Positions 1 to 11,208 of a DNA stretch of 64,000 nucleotides are shown in pieces. The DNA comes from Cladosporium halotolerans (Eukaryota). Both the position numbers and the translations under genes were made by a program. The notes beneath the pieces were generated by a model. That model was not told the DNA's origin. It did not search any database and saw only the letters and a list, made by a program, of their open reading frames with translations. The first letter of the stretch is position 1; every line of letters starts with the position of its first letter. The stretch spans positions 62,001-126,000 of the forward strand of contig NW_027191488.1 of NCBI RefSeq assembly GCF_011745625.1. The letters are read 5' to 3'.

Positions 1-59
1 GTGCTGATGGCGGGCACTGCGGTCTGCCCAACTCGTCTATGTTTAGTTCATGGTTTGGG

Positions 60-971
60 TCACATGAAAACATTGCCGAACGCGTCACCCAATCCTCTCT
101 CGACAAGATAAGCCTCCAGGGCCTTCATGTCGCTGCGATTCGCCCTTTCCCCTCGTCGTTCACCAACCGTCTCAGTTATCTCCGACATATCGGTGAACGC
201 TCTAGTGAGAGTCGGTTCTGCCTCTCTGTATCGTTCGCTGACCTTCTTGTGCTGAGAAGGAATGTCACCCCAGCTGTCCGTCTTGATGAACTTCATAAAA
301 TCATCAATGGCGACCGAGCCTCCTTCAAGACAGAGAATGCCAGGTTTGCCGGCCATCAAGAAGCCCGTCAAGCCGTATGTTGGCGCGAAGTTGACCAGGT
401 CATCTCGCTTCGCACGCGTGCTGATGGAGGGAAAGTAGAACCAGGCTCGTACTATCGGAGCGTCCTTATCAAAGAGCTCATTCGTCTCTAGAGGGGCTCC
501 GTTCGACTTCACGGCGAGCTGAGACGCCGCTTCTTTGACGTGCTCTATGACCGTCAGGATGTCTTCCTCCGGTAGATCCGAGTTTAGCTGCGCAACTTGA
601 CTCTTGCTAAGCCATGATGGCTGCTGCAGTCTCGATTTTATCGATGGCGGATCCAACTCCAGTGCTCCCTCGTGCACCAGTGGTACCGAAAGGCTGAGCT
701 GCAGAAGCTTTGCATCGCTTCCAAGATTGCTGTCTATGTCGGATAGGTCCAGGTTGAGCAAGATGCTTATGCAGGGATCCGAAGTCTCGGGAAACGCTTC
801 TGCGTCACCATCGCACCAGCTCCGCAGCGCGTCAACTTGGGCCATGGCGCTGGAGTCCATGGATATCGCGTCATCGGGCGCGTACATGGCCATCAGTAAA
901 TCGATCTGGCCCAGCTGCATTGCCATTAGGTCTTTGGGTAAGACATTTTTACGCTTCAAGTCTGAGAGCAT
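60..971 (-). CDS. RWD-domain / DUF1115 (RWDD2-like) protein
   Basis: Single ORF. First ATG is at 971 (the track starts at GTG 980). N-terminal Q..QIDLLMAMY resembles an RWD start; C-terminal AKRDDLV...YGLTGFLMAGKPGILCLEG...DDFMKFIK..SW resembles DUF1115. Confidence 0.75.
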   Translation of the reverse strand: MLSDLKRKNVLPKDLMAMQLGQIDLLMAMYAPDDAISMDSSAMAQVDALRSWCDGDAEAFPETSDPCISILLNLDLSDIDSNLGSDAKLLQLSLSVPLVHEGALELDPPSIKSRLQQPSWLSKSQVAQLNSDLPEEDILTVIEHVKEAASQLAVKSNGAPLETNELFDKDAPIVRAWFYFPSISTRAKRDDLVNFAPTYGLTGFLMAGKPGILCLEGGSVAIDDFMKFIKTDSWGDIPSQHKKVSERYREAEPTLTRAFTDMSEITETVGERRGERANRSDMKALEAYLVERGLGDAFGNVFM

Positions 972-1499
972 CCTTGACACGTCAAAATTGACACAATGCT
1001 TCGATCAAGCCAATTTTTGCCTTTCCCCGACCGGCACAGCAATAGAGCTACGATTGGACCACAAAGATAGAGCAATGGTGAGATGTAGAAATGCGAGTCC
1101 GCTTGAGGAAGACTTGAAGGCTGCTCGGCCGAGATTGGCCCGACTCACGCGCATGCCCTCGCTCTTTCACCTGCATGGCTGCTAAAAATCTGATACCAGG
1201 TATATATAAGACACTTTTCATCACGAAAAATTCTTTCAGCGCAATGTAGTCTCATGAATTTCACGGGCAGTTCTTAAGATCGCTATGACAAGGCTCTCCA
1301 GAACGTTGTCGGATGTCTGCTTTCGTTGCAGCTACGTGCTGCCGGAGAGAATCTCCGACTTCACACTGTCAACATTACTCTGACTATCGACTCTGCTAAT
1401 TGATTAAAACGTTTCAGAGCAAGCAAGAATAGGAGGAAGTGTCTCAATGATGCTAATCTATATTCTAAGCATTGAACTTTTCTATACAACAATCGGCCT

Positions 1500-2760
1500 T
1501 CACTCGACCTTCACACGCTTGCCCCAAGTCAGCGCGCCCAGCTGGTCTTTGCTAGCTTCAACAAATCTGCACGACCGCATCGTCCGCCACAGCGCGGTGT
1601 AGAACGGCGTGTCGTCGACGATGTACCTGTCGCCAAGGACCGGCTTGATCGCCTCCGTGGCTTCCTCGGCGTGGTAGAATGGGATGCGACTGGAGCGGGA
1701 ATGTTAGCTGGCGTTTCACTTTCAAGAGTTGGGTTGCGAGTGCTTACGTGAAGAGGTGGTGCACGACGTGGCAGTCGATGATGCCGTGGAAGAGGTACTT
1801 CCCGACGAAGCCGTAGGGGCGGTCGATGGTGTTGAGCGCGCCCTCGGTGAAGGTCCAAGAGTCAGCTTCGAAGTGAAGCGTGGATTCGTGCGTGTGGTGC
1901 AGGTAGGTGATCGCCACTGGTAGGTTTTCTGTCAGCTCATGTTCTCGCGGATCTTCAATGGGGATCGATAACATACCAAGCCAGTTGTTCACCCAGAGAT
2001 ACGGCACGACGTAAAGCAAAAGCACATTCTGCACGCCAACGTATCTGCTCAGGACATACAGCGCAGACAGCGTAAGGCAGAGGCCAATGTCGGACAACAG
2101 GACGAAAAGCTGCTCTCTGGCGGTAAAGACCTTGCTCGTGGGGTCGTAGTGGCTGCGCGCGAACATTGACTTCGGAAGACCGCGCGGCGCGCTCTTCTCG
2201 CCACCGCTGGCGTAAAAGAACATGTAAGCGGGCCAGCCGAGGAGCTGGTGGGCCAGGAGCTCAACGACCGTGTACAGCGGGGCATCCTCCATGTGCTCGA
2301 GAAGGCCCAGGGCCCTGGAGATCATGCTGGCCTCGTTCGTGCGGCTCGGGACAAAGGCGGTGTCCTTCTCCATGTGGTTCGTGTACCTGTGGTGGCGGGC
2401 GTGGCTGAACTTCCAGGAGAAATACGGGACCAGCAGCATGCTGTGCATCATCCAGCCGAGGACATCGCACACGACGCGGTTGGCAAAGAGGGCGCCGTGC
2501 CCGCACTCATGGGCCAGGATCCAGATGCCGGTGCCAACGAGGCCTTGCACGTAGCCGTAAGTCGCCCAGAGAGCATAGCGAAGCAGTGTTGACTGCACAC
2601 CGGGGATGTGGGTGTACGCAACGTAGCCCAACGTCCCAGCCAGTGCCAAGTCAAAGACGATGTGAGACCCTGAGCGGAGGGTCGAAGGCTGGAAGCAGTG
2701 ATCCGGGATCGCTTTGCGAATCTGCCCAAGGGTAGGGGCTGGGGTAGCAGGCTTTGACAT
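1500..2760 (-). CDS. Membrane fatty-acid desaturase, delta-12/omega-6 (FAD2-like) family
   Basis: Three His boxes HECGH, HARHH, HVVHH and the motif IRKAIPDHCF. Introns 1917-1976 (GTATGT..CTGAC..CAG) and 1690-1747 (GTAAGC..GCTAAC..CAG). Last exon RIPFYHAEEATEAIKPVLG ends at TGA 1500-1502. Confidence 0.92.
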
Positions 2761-3970
2761 TGTTGCGGGAATACGTCAAGCCACAATCAACAGGTGTGAG
2801 ATGAGAAGGGACTGGCAAACCGGAATGTATCGCAGCAGACTAGAAGACCCGAAGAAAACAGCAAGAACGAAGGGAAGTCAAGGCTACCTTACAAAACAAG
2901 GGGCCCAACGCACGTCCCCGTGGGCGAAAGAACCCGTGGACTACATGGCGGTCACATATAACGTTGAATGGAAGGTGCGGCGCCAAGGGCGTCCTCTGGC
3001 GCCGCACGGTTGAGGGAAAAGGAACAACATGGGTCTTCGAGAGCATCCAGGCTCGCGAGGCCAGGCCGTGCCCTAGGCAGACGGCAGTGACATGCTGATA
3101 GCCGCAAGTGCGATTGAGATATTCCGACGCCCAGCACCAAGAGCAAAGCAAGGGACGGGAGGGAGGCATCGCCAATGGCCAGTCTCGCACAGGACACGCG
3201 GTGATAGCAGGCGAGGCAGGGCAAAATAACCACCAAGCCTCAAAAGCTCAACAGCAGCCCGCGCCGATATGATTGCAGTACCTGGGGCTCCGTCTAAGAG
3301 TCCCGCGCAGGGTCTGCACTGTGGATCGGTGGACCTGCAGATCAAAGCGGTTTGACAGATAATGCCTGCCGCTAAGGCCCTGGCGCCTCATGGCGGGCTA
3401 CACGTGTCGGTAACGTGCACTTTACCCAGTGCGCTTACGCGACTGCCGGCTGACACGCTGGTGCTGAGATCCATGCGGTCGGTGAACAAAGCTTTCTGCA
3501 CGCAGCACTTGCAGCATAGAATCCTCGCTTTGCTCGCGAGATATGCAGGTCGTCTCATTTCTCCTTGAATGCGGCTCGCCGAAAGTCGGCATTTCATCGT
3601 GTTATTTCTGCTAGCGTGAAACCCAAACGCCGCAGCGGGCGATTGCATTGCGCACAGAGGGCGCCCGACAACATGAAATTCGGTGCAGCGTCTGAAATAT
3701 CGGTGTAAAATGTCGATTTACCTAGGATACGCTTTGAAGATATCTCGGAGGAAGATGTACCCTGGCCATAACTGCTAGATGATCCCCTTCGTCAAAACAA
3801 GGGTTGACCCTCTTGCAAGTTGGTAGTTGGAGCGAGTTTAGAGGACAATAAGTCATCTTCGTAGGTAGAAATTCCAGAACGTCTGGTGTCATCGGACTCT
3901 TGCAAATACTGTACATATCCTAGATATTACATAGCCTACATGGCCAGCCATTCCCTCACATAGATGATCA

Positions 3971-6900
3971 TCATCTTCCATCAGCGCCGACAAACCCAGC
4001 GAACCCAGGCTTCTCCATCAACCTAGCCTTCTGCGACCTATGAAAAATCCGCGTCTGACTCGATCGCAGCAAATGCCCTCTATTAAACCTGCGCGGCCTG
4101 AACCTCAGCCTCCCAGCGTAAACATACCGCCTGACCTCGTCGTCCGTCGCCCACCCACCCCAAACCGGCACGCTCTCAATTAGCGCCGCCACTTCCTCGA
4201 CAACCGCCTTCGGCGCCAGTGCCATGAAGCGCAGCAGGTGCCGCTTGTGCGCAGGGAGATTGGGCGCAGCTTCATCGGCAGCGATCAGCTGGGCGGAGGC
4301 TGCTTCGCCGCGCGCGCGCGCCCGCCAGCTGCGCTCGAGGAAGACGCGGACGGCGACGAGGGCGCGGCGCATGACGTGCGCGCCGTTGCGCGTGCCGTCC
4401 GCGCTCTGCTGCAGTTCGTCCTGGTGCTCGACCATCCAGCGCACGGTGTCGCGTATTTTCGTGTGCGCGCCGAGCCAGCCCAGAGCGCGGACGTAGGCGT
4501 GCAGAACCGCGGGCTCGGGAGCGACGAGTAGGCGAGGCAGGCCTGGGAGGTCGGCGAAGTCGGCCGGGGACGAGGAGCTCAGGGGGTGCTCGCTGCGGCA
4601 GTCGACGGGCGAGTGTTCGCCGACGAGGAGCTTGAAGCGCTGCTCGAGGGCGTGCTGCGGCCTTTGGTTGAGAATTGTTTTGGCTTCGACGACGGCTAGA
4701 GGCTGCTTTGTGGGCGGGGGGAGCGAGGAGGCTTGATCGCGTATGAGGACGCTCCAGCAGCCTCTGGCTACGTTCTCCGTGATGCGGCAGATTGCCAAGA
4801 GACCAGAAGCGTCCAGGTCGACGTACTTGCGCCCTGCAAGCTTGAGGACTTGCGAAGCCAACCGGTAGGCGAGAATCTTGTTCAAAGCCAGCTTTGGCTT
4901 TCTCTTGGTGCTGGGACTGAGCGTGCGACCAGGCTCGACGAGATGCATTTTCTGATAGGATCTGGGCCGAGCTAGGGCGTGAAGCACGCTGTTGTATGCA
5001 GGCAAGTATGGTGTGTTCCGTTGTTTCAACTGCCACACGGCTTGAACCAAGCTGTGCTGGATATTGAACCGCTCGTCAGCTAATTTACGACTTGGTGCAA
5101 GCAAATCCAAATGTCGGTGCTCTCGGCCACCATAAGCAGGCGATATGACGTTGGGAGAAGTAGAGAGGAGGTTGATGTAGGCCTCAAAGAGGACTTTGGG
5201 GACGGCATCGTGATCCACGGCAGGGCTGAGCGCAACCAGCTTCTGGAATTCCGGATATTGTTCCTGAGCATATCTCAGGTATCTGACACCTTCGGTAAGC
5301 GAAGACGCTGTCGAAATCAAGAAAGCAACGCATCGGTGGTCTATCTCAACGTCTTTGCTTCTCAGGTAGAGAAAAAACTTCAGCGTGGTTGGTGGATCCG
5401 TTCTCGTGTAGGTGTAAAGATGCGTTGATGGTGGGAGCGGCGCAACTTCTTTACCATCGCCGGGAAACACCCTTCCGTTGACAGTGTTGTGCTTCTCCAG
5501 ACGCCTAGGCCATGACGACACCTCCTGTCGTGTCCGCCGTTCCTCTTCGTGAAGTTTTTCAAACACCGCCAGCAGAATTTCTTGATCAGGCGGCAGATCT
5601 GTGTCTTCGAACGCCAGGTAACAAGCCCAAGCCTCTTGCACGGTACGCGTAGTCTTGATTCTGGCAACCCACAGAGCGGCCTCGAATTTCGATTCGTGCA
5701 CTTTGTTGGGCATTAATGAGCGGGTCTGAACAGTTGGGGTGCCGTCGATGTCCCAGCCTGTGTACAAGAGCGCAATTTGCTCCCATTCTTTAGGCTCATA
5801 GCCTGCCTCCCGCATTCTTTGTAGCGTTTCTCCAGCTCTGGAAATGCCTTGCTCAGGGCCTATTTCGGTGTCCATACTCGTCCGATCTTCCTTCCAAGGC
5901 GGCCAAGATAGAGCTTTTAGTTCTGCCCATAATTGTTCGGAGTCCGTTTTTCTTTGTGCCAGCTGTAATCGAATAACAGCCCGATAGCCTTCGCGATTGA
6001 TTTGCAGGGGTGGTTCGTGTTCCGCCATGGCGGCTAAGATGGGAATGAGGGCTTGCTGTTGGTGGTGTGCGTTCTTGAAGGGCGCAACTGTGGTCGGTTC
6101 GGAGATGAGGAGCATGGCTTTGTTCATGAGGAAAGTGACGGCTGTCATCGATGCCTGTCCTCCGTTCTCATGGTTGGGCGAGACGCCTGGCAAGAAGCGA
6201 ACAAAGTGGTTTGCAATGGATGGTAAAGTGCTAGGAGAGACTTGACGTGCGTGACGTGTCAGACGATTGAACAGAATGAAGACTTGGTCAGGTGCAACCA
6301 CTTGTCCAGAAGCCTCAGATATCTCGAGCTTCTCCCAGGCAATCGCAACGAGCATGCGCAATGCATTTGCCGCGATGTTTGGCCGTCGAAGGAGGTAGGA
6401 GTAGACGGGCAGCGGCACCGATTGTGCGCCATGGCTGGCCAGACGTTCAGAAAGAGTGGTAGCCGCCGTGACTGAATCAGGTTCGGTCACAATGGAGGCC
6501 CAGATTTCGACGTCGGACAGATTGTAACCTCTCGCTGAGAGAAATTGCTCCTCGGACGGAGTGAGGCGGAATCTGTGTAACTGGTCTGATTGCAGGGGCT
6601 CAGCAATGGTCCTGCGATGCCGGAGGAAGCGCGCGACAATCGTCAAAACCGTCGGTGTCGTCTTCTCAGGCTCAGCCAATGTGGGAATGTAGTCCTCGCT
6701 ATGCCTGCTCTTGTTCTCCGCATATCTTCGCTTGCCATGTTGATCCCTGACATTGAAATGGTTAGGACGCCTCCTCCCGGTAGACGCCCTGGGAGCGATG
6801 TCCAACCGGCCCTGCTGTCTCAATTCATCGCCCAGGTAATCAGTCTTGGTTCGTTTATTGAGCTGACGGCGGCTGATTGTTCGTTCGACATTCTCATCGT

Positions 6901-7135
6901 CTGGTGCGGACTCGGCACCGCGACCGAATAGGAGAGCGTCCAGCCAGTAGCTCCTGATGCCTCGTGTTGCATCGATATGACCTCGAGCGGTCGGTGCATA
7001 TATCCTACTTGCAGCTCCAAGTGGCAGACTGCTCGATGTGCAGCGAGTATGGCTAAGGTCAGCGGCGGGAGAGCGCAAAGAAACCAACACAGAGCGCAGC
7101 TGATGGCCCAGCGGGGTCAACGGTCCATGTGGCAT
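3971..7135 (-). CDS. Large helical hypothetical protein, possibly mitochondrial PPR-like RNA-binding
   Basis: Uninterrupted ORF of over 1000 codons; first in-frame ATG at 7135. Arg/Ser-rich N-terminus and blocks such as WPPWKEDR, GWDIDGTPTVQTR, WVARIKTTRTVQEAW, LHAYVRALG. Function is inference only. Confidence 0.7.
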   Translation of the reverse strand: MPHGPLTPLGHQLRSVLVSLRSPAADLSHTRCTSSSLPLGAASRIYAPTARGHIDATRGIRSYWLDALLFGRGAESAPDDENVERTISRRQLNKRTKTDYLGDELRQQGRLDIAPRASTGRRRPNHFNVRDQHGKRRYAENKSRHSEDYIPTLAEPEKTTPTVLTIVARFLRHRRTIAEPLQSDQLHRFRLTPSEEQFLSARGYNLSDVEIWASIVTEPDSVTAATTLSERLASHGAQSVPLPVYSYLLRRPNIAANALRMLVAIAWEKLEISEASGQVVAPDQVFILFNRLTRHARQVSPSTLPSIANHFVRFLPGVSPNHENGGQASMTAVTFLMNKAMLLISEPTTVAPFKNAHHQQQALIPILAAMAEHEPPLQINREGYRAVIRLQLAQRKTDSEQLWAELKALSWPPWKEDRTSMDTEIGPEQGISRAGETLQRMREAGYEPKEWEQIALLYTGWDIDGTPTVQTRSLMPNKVHESKFEAALWVARIKTTRTVQEAWACYLAFEDTDLPPDQEILLAVFEKLHEEERRTRQEVSSWPRRLEKHNTVNGRVFPGDGKEVAPLPPSTHLYTYTRTDPPTTLKFFLYLRSKDVEIDHRCVAFLISTASSLTEGVRYLRYAQEQYPEFQKLVALSPAVDHDAVPKVLFEAYINLLSTSPNVISPAYGGREHRHLDLLAPSRKLADERFNIQHSLVQAVWQLKQRNTPYLPAYNSVLHALARPRSYQKMHLVEPGRTLSPSTKRKPKLALNKILAYRLASQVLKLAGRKYVDLDASGLLAICRITENVARGCWSVLIRDQASSLPPPTKQPLAVVEAKTILNQRPQHALEQRFKLLVGEHSPVDCRSEHPLSSSSPADFADLPGLPRLLVAPEPAVLHAYVRALGWLGAHTKIRDTVRWMVEHQDELQQSADGTRNGAHVMRRALVAVRVFLERSWRARARGEAASAQLIAADEAAPNLPAHKRHLLRFMALAPKAVVEEVAALIESVPVWGGWATDDEVRRYVYAGRLRFRPRRFNRGHLLRSSQTRIFHRSQKARLMEKPGFAGFVGADGR

Positions 7136-7574
7136 GCATCCAATGTTTTGCGGGCGCTTGCAATGGGCGGAGGGGAATGTTTGGCTGCGCTGCTCCAGAC
7201 ACTTTTGGGATTTGAGAGCCGCGGCCGGGAGACAGTCGCCGGTGCCAGCTCGCCGGCTCGCTCGTGATTGGCCGGCTGGCCTGCATGCCTTAGGATTTGC
7301 GCGCAAGGCAGAGCGAGGGCAGGTTAGGGCAACCACCTTCACTCTGCGACATTGCTATTGCTCCCTCGCTACGCCTTTGGTCCGAGCATATCCCTCCGCC
7401 AAAATCACCAAAGCAATTATCGCACGCTGCATTCAGATCGCGTGGCTGCCGTCCACGCGCGTCCCTCGCGCTCGTCGCTGCACCACTTGACACGAGCGCG
7501 CCAGCGCGTCTCCATCCCCGAACCCAATCTCCATCCCACCTTCTGCGCGACAGCAGACGAAAACAATCCAGATC

Positions 7575-10218
7575 ATGGCTCCCGCCACGAATGGCGCGCA
7601 GACGCCGCCAGTCGCCGTGCAAGAGCTCCCTGCCGAAGCATCGGCCAACAAACGCAAGCGCGAGAATGGCGAACCCAGCGCTCACGAGACCTCTAGCCCT
7701 GCGGACTTGTCGCGAGCACAGAACGACATCCTTGAGGTTATCCAAAAGTATATTGCCTGAGAGCGACTGCGTCAACAATCGCTAACCATGCAGCAGATAC
7801 GATACGGAGCCGTCAATACTAAGCCACCCTTTCGTCGACGCGCATTCTACCGGGCCAGCACACAAAAAGCGAAGGCAATCCCACTCTGGCGACGATAAAA
7901 AGACGACCATTGCCGAGAAGCTGCGCGGCTCTGCCTACCCGACCTTGTCGCAAATCAAAACCGACGTCGCCCATGTCAGCAAAGAGCTTACCAGCGCCAT
8001 CCGCTCGTCTGAGAAGGAGGACTCGCAGAATACCGGGCGACTGTCAGTGGATGACCTGAAGCGCATTCAGCGCATTGCCGCGCTTGAGCACTTGGTGAAG
8101 GAGATGGTCGACCGCGAAGATGTCCATCCCAAGGTCCATGCGACTGGAAATGGCGAAGTCAAGCAAGAGCCAGAACTCCTTGCAAATGGTATTGCAGACC
8201 ACGCTGAAGCCAGGAACGGCACTGTTCTCACTTTGTTCGGAAATGCGCCTCATCCAAGGCAACTGTTTTCGAGCATGCAACAGTCTCAGGATGGCAAAGA
8301 TACAGGCATCAAAGTGGAATTGCCCATAGAAGAGATGGGCCTGCCAAACGGACTTACCGCGACTCAGATTATGCCCTCAGGTGCCAGCGATTCAAAGAAT
8401 GGCCCAACTTTCGAAGAGGCGTTCCCCGCGCCTTACTCTTTGCCATCCATGCATCCACCGAAAGGGCACAAACGTTCCGCACCAAGGGACACAACCCTCA
8501 CCTGGGAATTCAAAGATCCTGTATCTCGAGGGAGTAAGCGAGGTGGCTACACTACTCAGAGCCTCCCTACAGCTGACTGGCTCGGATACGGCGGCGTCGA
8601 CCCAGCATACGGATTCTATTCTCCTCAAGAAAAGCGGAAACAGCGTGATCGCGCCCTCAGCGGTGGCGAGAGTATGCAGACTGCTCCCACCAAGGCACAG
8701 GCCGAAGCCGAATTGCAAAAGCAGGAAGAGGCGCTGTTCAGGCGTGCCTTTTCCAGCTTTGCGCCTTCCACTGACAACACCAAGTCCTTGGTTCCAGCAC
8801 AGACCAAGGCCATGATATGGTTTAGCAAACTTGGCGATCGCAGATTCAATGAAGTGTTTGCGGACGACGCTGCCTTGGCCAGCGAGACTACAACGAGTGA
8901 CTTTGCTCTTGACCCTGCTCTGACGGAAACCGAGACCAAGGAGGAGGATTTCAGCAATGTCATCGAGCAACTGGATAGTCTTCCGGACGAAGGCTTCTCG
9001 GAACCCGAATTGGACAAGACAGATCCGGAAGTTGTGCTGCGACAGATTTCCGAACTTCTCGAAACCCTCGCATCGCAGCAACGCATTCGCAACGCTGTCA
9101 TTCCACCGACGACGTCCACCTCCAGAACACCTATCAGCCCTGCTCCAACATTAGCATCGAAGATTGGCAAGCCGGATTCTCCCGCTGAAGATGAGCTGGA
9201 CACATACAACAAACTTCGCCATGAGATTGCATACCTCGCCCTTCAGCTGCCGCCTTATGCCGTTGCAAAATTGGACGGCAACCAGCTCGAAGATCTTGGT
9301 GTGTCGAAGCTGCTTCCTTTCGAGGCCAGTGATTACCAAGGTGTACTGGAGGAAGACCAAGTTGCGCGGACCATCAAGCAGACAGCCGCCGCAACGGCCG
9401 CAGCCACTGCGTCTCTCACTCGACCTACGTCGTCGGCTACTGGTCAGCACTACAGCAGCTCTGCTCGGACACCCGCAATTGGACAGGCTGCGAATACACG
9501 ATATGGTCAATCGGCCGCAGTCCCCGGACGCACTCCCGCCACTGCGCCTACATACCAGCGCTCCACCAGCAGCCAATCGAATGTGTACAATACCCCTTCC
9601 GCCGCTCCGAGACAATCATATGCCCAACCAAACCAGTACTCCCGACCCGCAGGTCCTCAACAACCCGCGTACGGCCAGGCCAACGTGCAGCAACAGCACC
9701 AGCAATACTACAACCAGGCTCGCCCCCAGGCCGCTCCAGCAGGGTACGGCAGCTACGGCCAGAGCTACGGCCAAGGCACTCCCCAAAACCAACAACGCGC
9801 CAGCTTCTCCAGCACCCCCTCCCTGCAGCAATTCCAGCAGCGTTCTCAGGCGCAGACCGCCAACCAGAACGCCGCCGCCTACCAGACCAACGCCGCCGCC
9901 CAGGCGCAAATGCAGAGCCCCTACAAGCGCACCGCCTCCCCCGCCATGCAGCCCATGTACGCCGGTGGCACGCCCCAGCCGGGCCAGCAGCGTCCCACGT
10001 ACCCTGGCGCGCCCGTTCAGCAGCAGCAGCAGCAGCCTCCTGCGCAGTATGCTCAGCAGCCCGGGTCGGGGAGGGCTACGCCCAATTTCCCGTCGCAGCC
10101 CCCCACGCCTGTTAATGGCATGTCGAGGGCGCAGCCGCCTGCGAGAGCTGCGAGTGGGACGCCGCAGCCGCCGCAGCAGCAGCAGCAGCAGGTGCAGCAA
10201 CCGAACGGGCATGCGTGA
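7575..10218 (+). CDS. Nuclear-type hypothetical protein with Q/P/Y-rich low-complexity tail; candidate Rsc58/BRD7-like
   Basis: ATG 7575. Intron 7748-7796 (GTATAT..GCTAAC..CAGCAG) joins in frame to the 757-aa ORF. NLS-like KRKR; motifs LTLFGNAPHPRQLFSS, WLGYG, FSSFAPSTDN; polyQ (CAG) runs near 10018-10035 and 10173-10190. Confidence 0.8.
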
Positions 10219-11208
10219 GGTTATGTGTAGCTGCAGGTAGCGGACAGCATCAGGTGCGCAAGGCGCAAGAACAGAGACAGGGACCCTGTCGGGGCTCGAC
10301 CATTGCGACCAGCACAGTCAGCCAGTTCTAGTGACTAGGCACGACTCTTGCTGTGATAGTCGGCTTTCCCATCGGGGGCCACTATCAGCCCCTCGGTAAC
10401 CCTTTAAATTGGCGACATGAGGCGAGTGGCCAAATGCATGGGCATGTAGTGTCCGGGGTCGAAAACTCTGCACCGGGCCACGAGTCGCCGCAACAGAGAG
10501 AGCAAGGAGTAAAGACATAGCACTTCCAAAACAAAGCTGGCGAGATGTTTGAGGTGAAGACTACAGAAAGTAGTCCGTCGACCGCGCCTCACCCGTCCGA
10601 TGCGTGTAAAGCGACGTCGAGGATCATCATTCAGTGCAGTAGCAGAACAGCGGCTCGACCGCTTAATATCAATCAATTCGCTCGAAGAAAGCATGCAATT
10701 CCCGTTTCCACCTACTGCCCCATTGTTTTCTCTCTTTCCTGCCGCCAAAGGAAGTGAAGTTGTGGGTCTGCGACCGCTTAGCCTCACCGCTTTGAGCACG
10801 TATGCACCCAGCACGACAACACCATCGACGTTGCTAAACGAAGGAGGGCAAGCAATTGTTGGCACAAGCGGTGAAATGAAGAAATATCCACGATCGCTGC
10901 AAGGAAAAAGGAAGTGCTAGTGAAATGTGCTGGACGAGAACGGCTGCTGAGGGGAGAAAACACGGATGAAAAAGTTACTCTGAAGTCGGGACGAGCGCGA
11001 GTGCGGACCGGAAACACTGAATAAGGGCGGTAGTGTTGTGATTGGAGCAACAGCATGATGTTTAGACTGGAATGACGGAAAATAAACGTCTTCTCGACCG
11101 TTCTGATTCATATCAAATCAATCATCAGCAGACAGGTATACAGTAGTCTCAAGATGCGTGCAAAACAAAAACCAGCGCTTTAGCTCGCGGGATAAGGTAA
11201 TTAAGCCC

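Noticed and set aside
7136..7342. GTG-initiated extension of the 1123-aa ORF
   Set aside because: Eukaryotic context; first ATG is at 7135 and the extension lies in the divergent promoter. Near-cognate initiation cannot be excluded but has no support.
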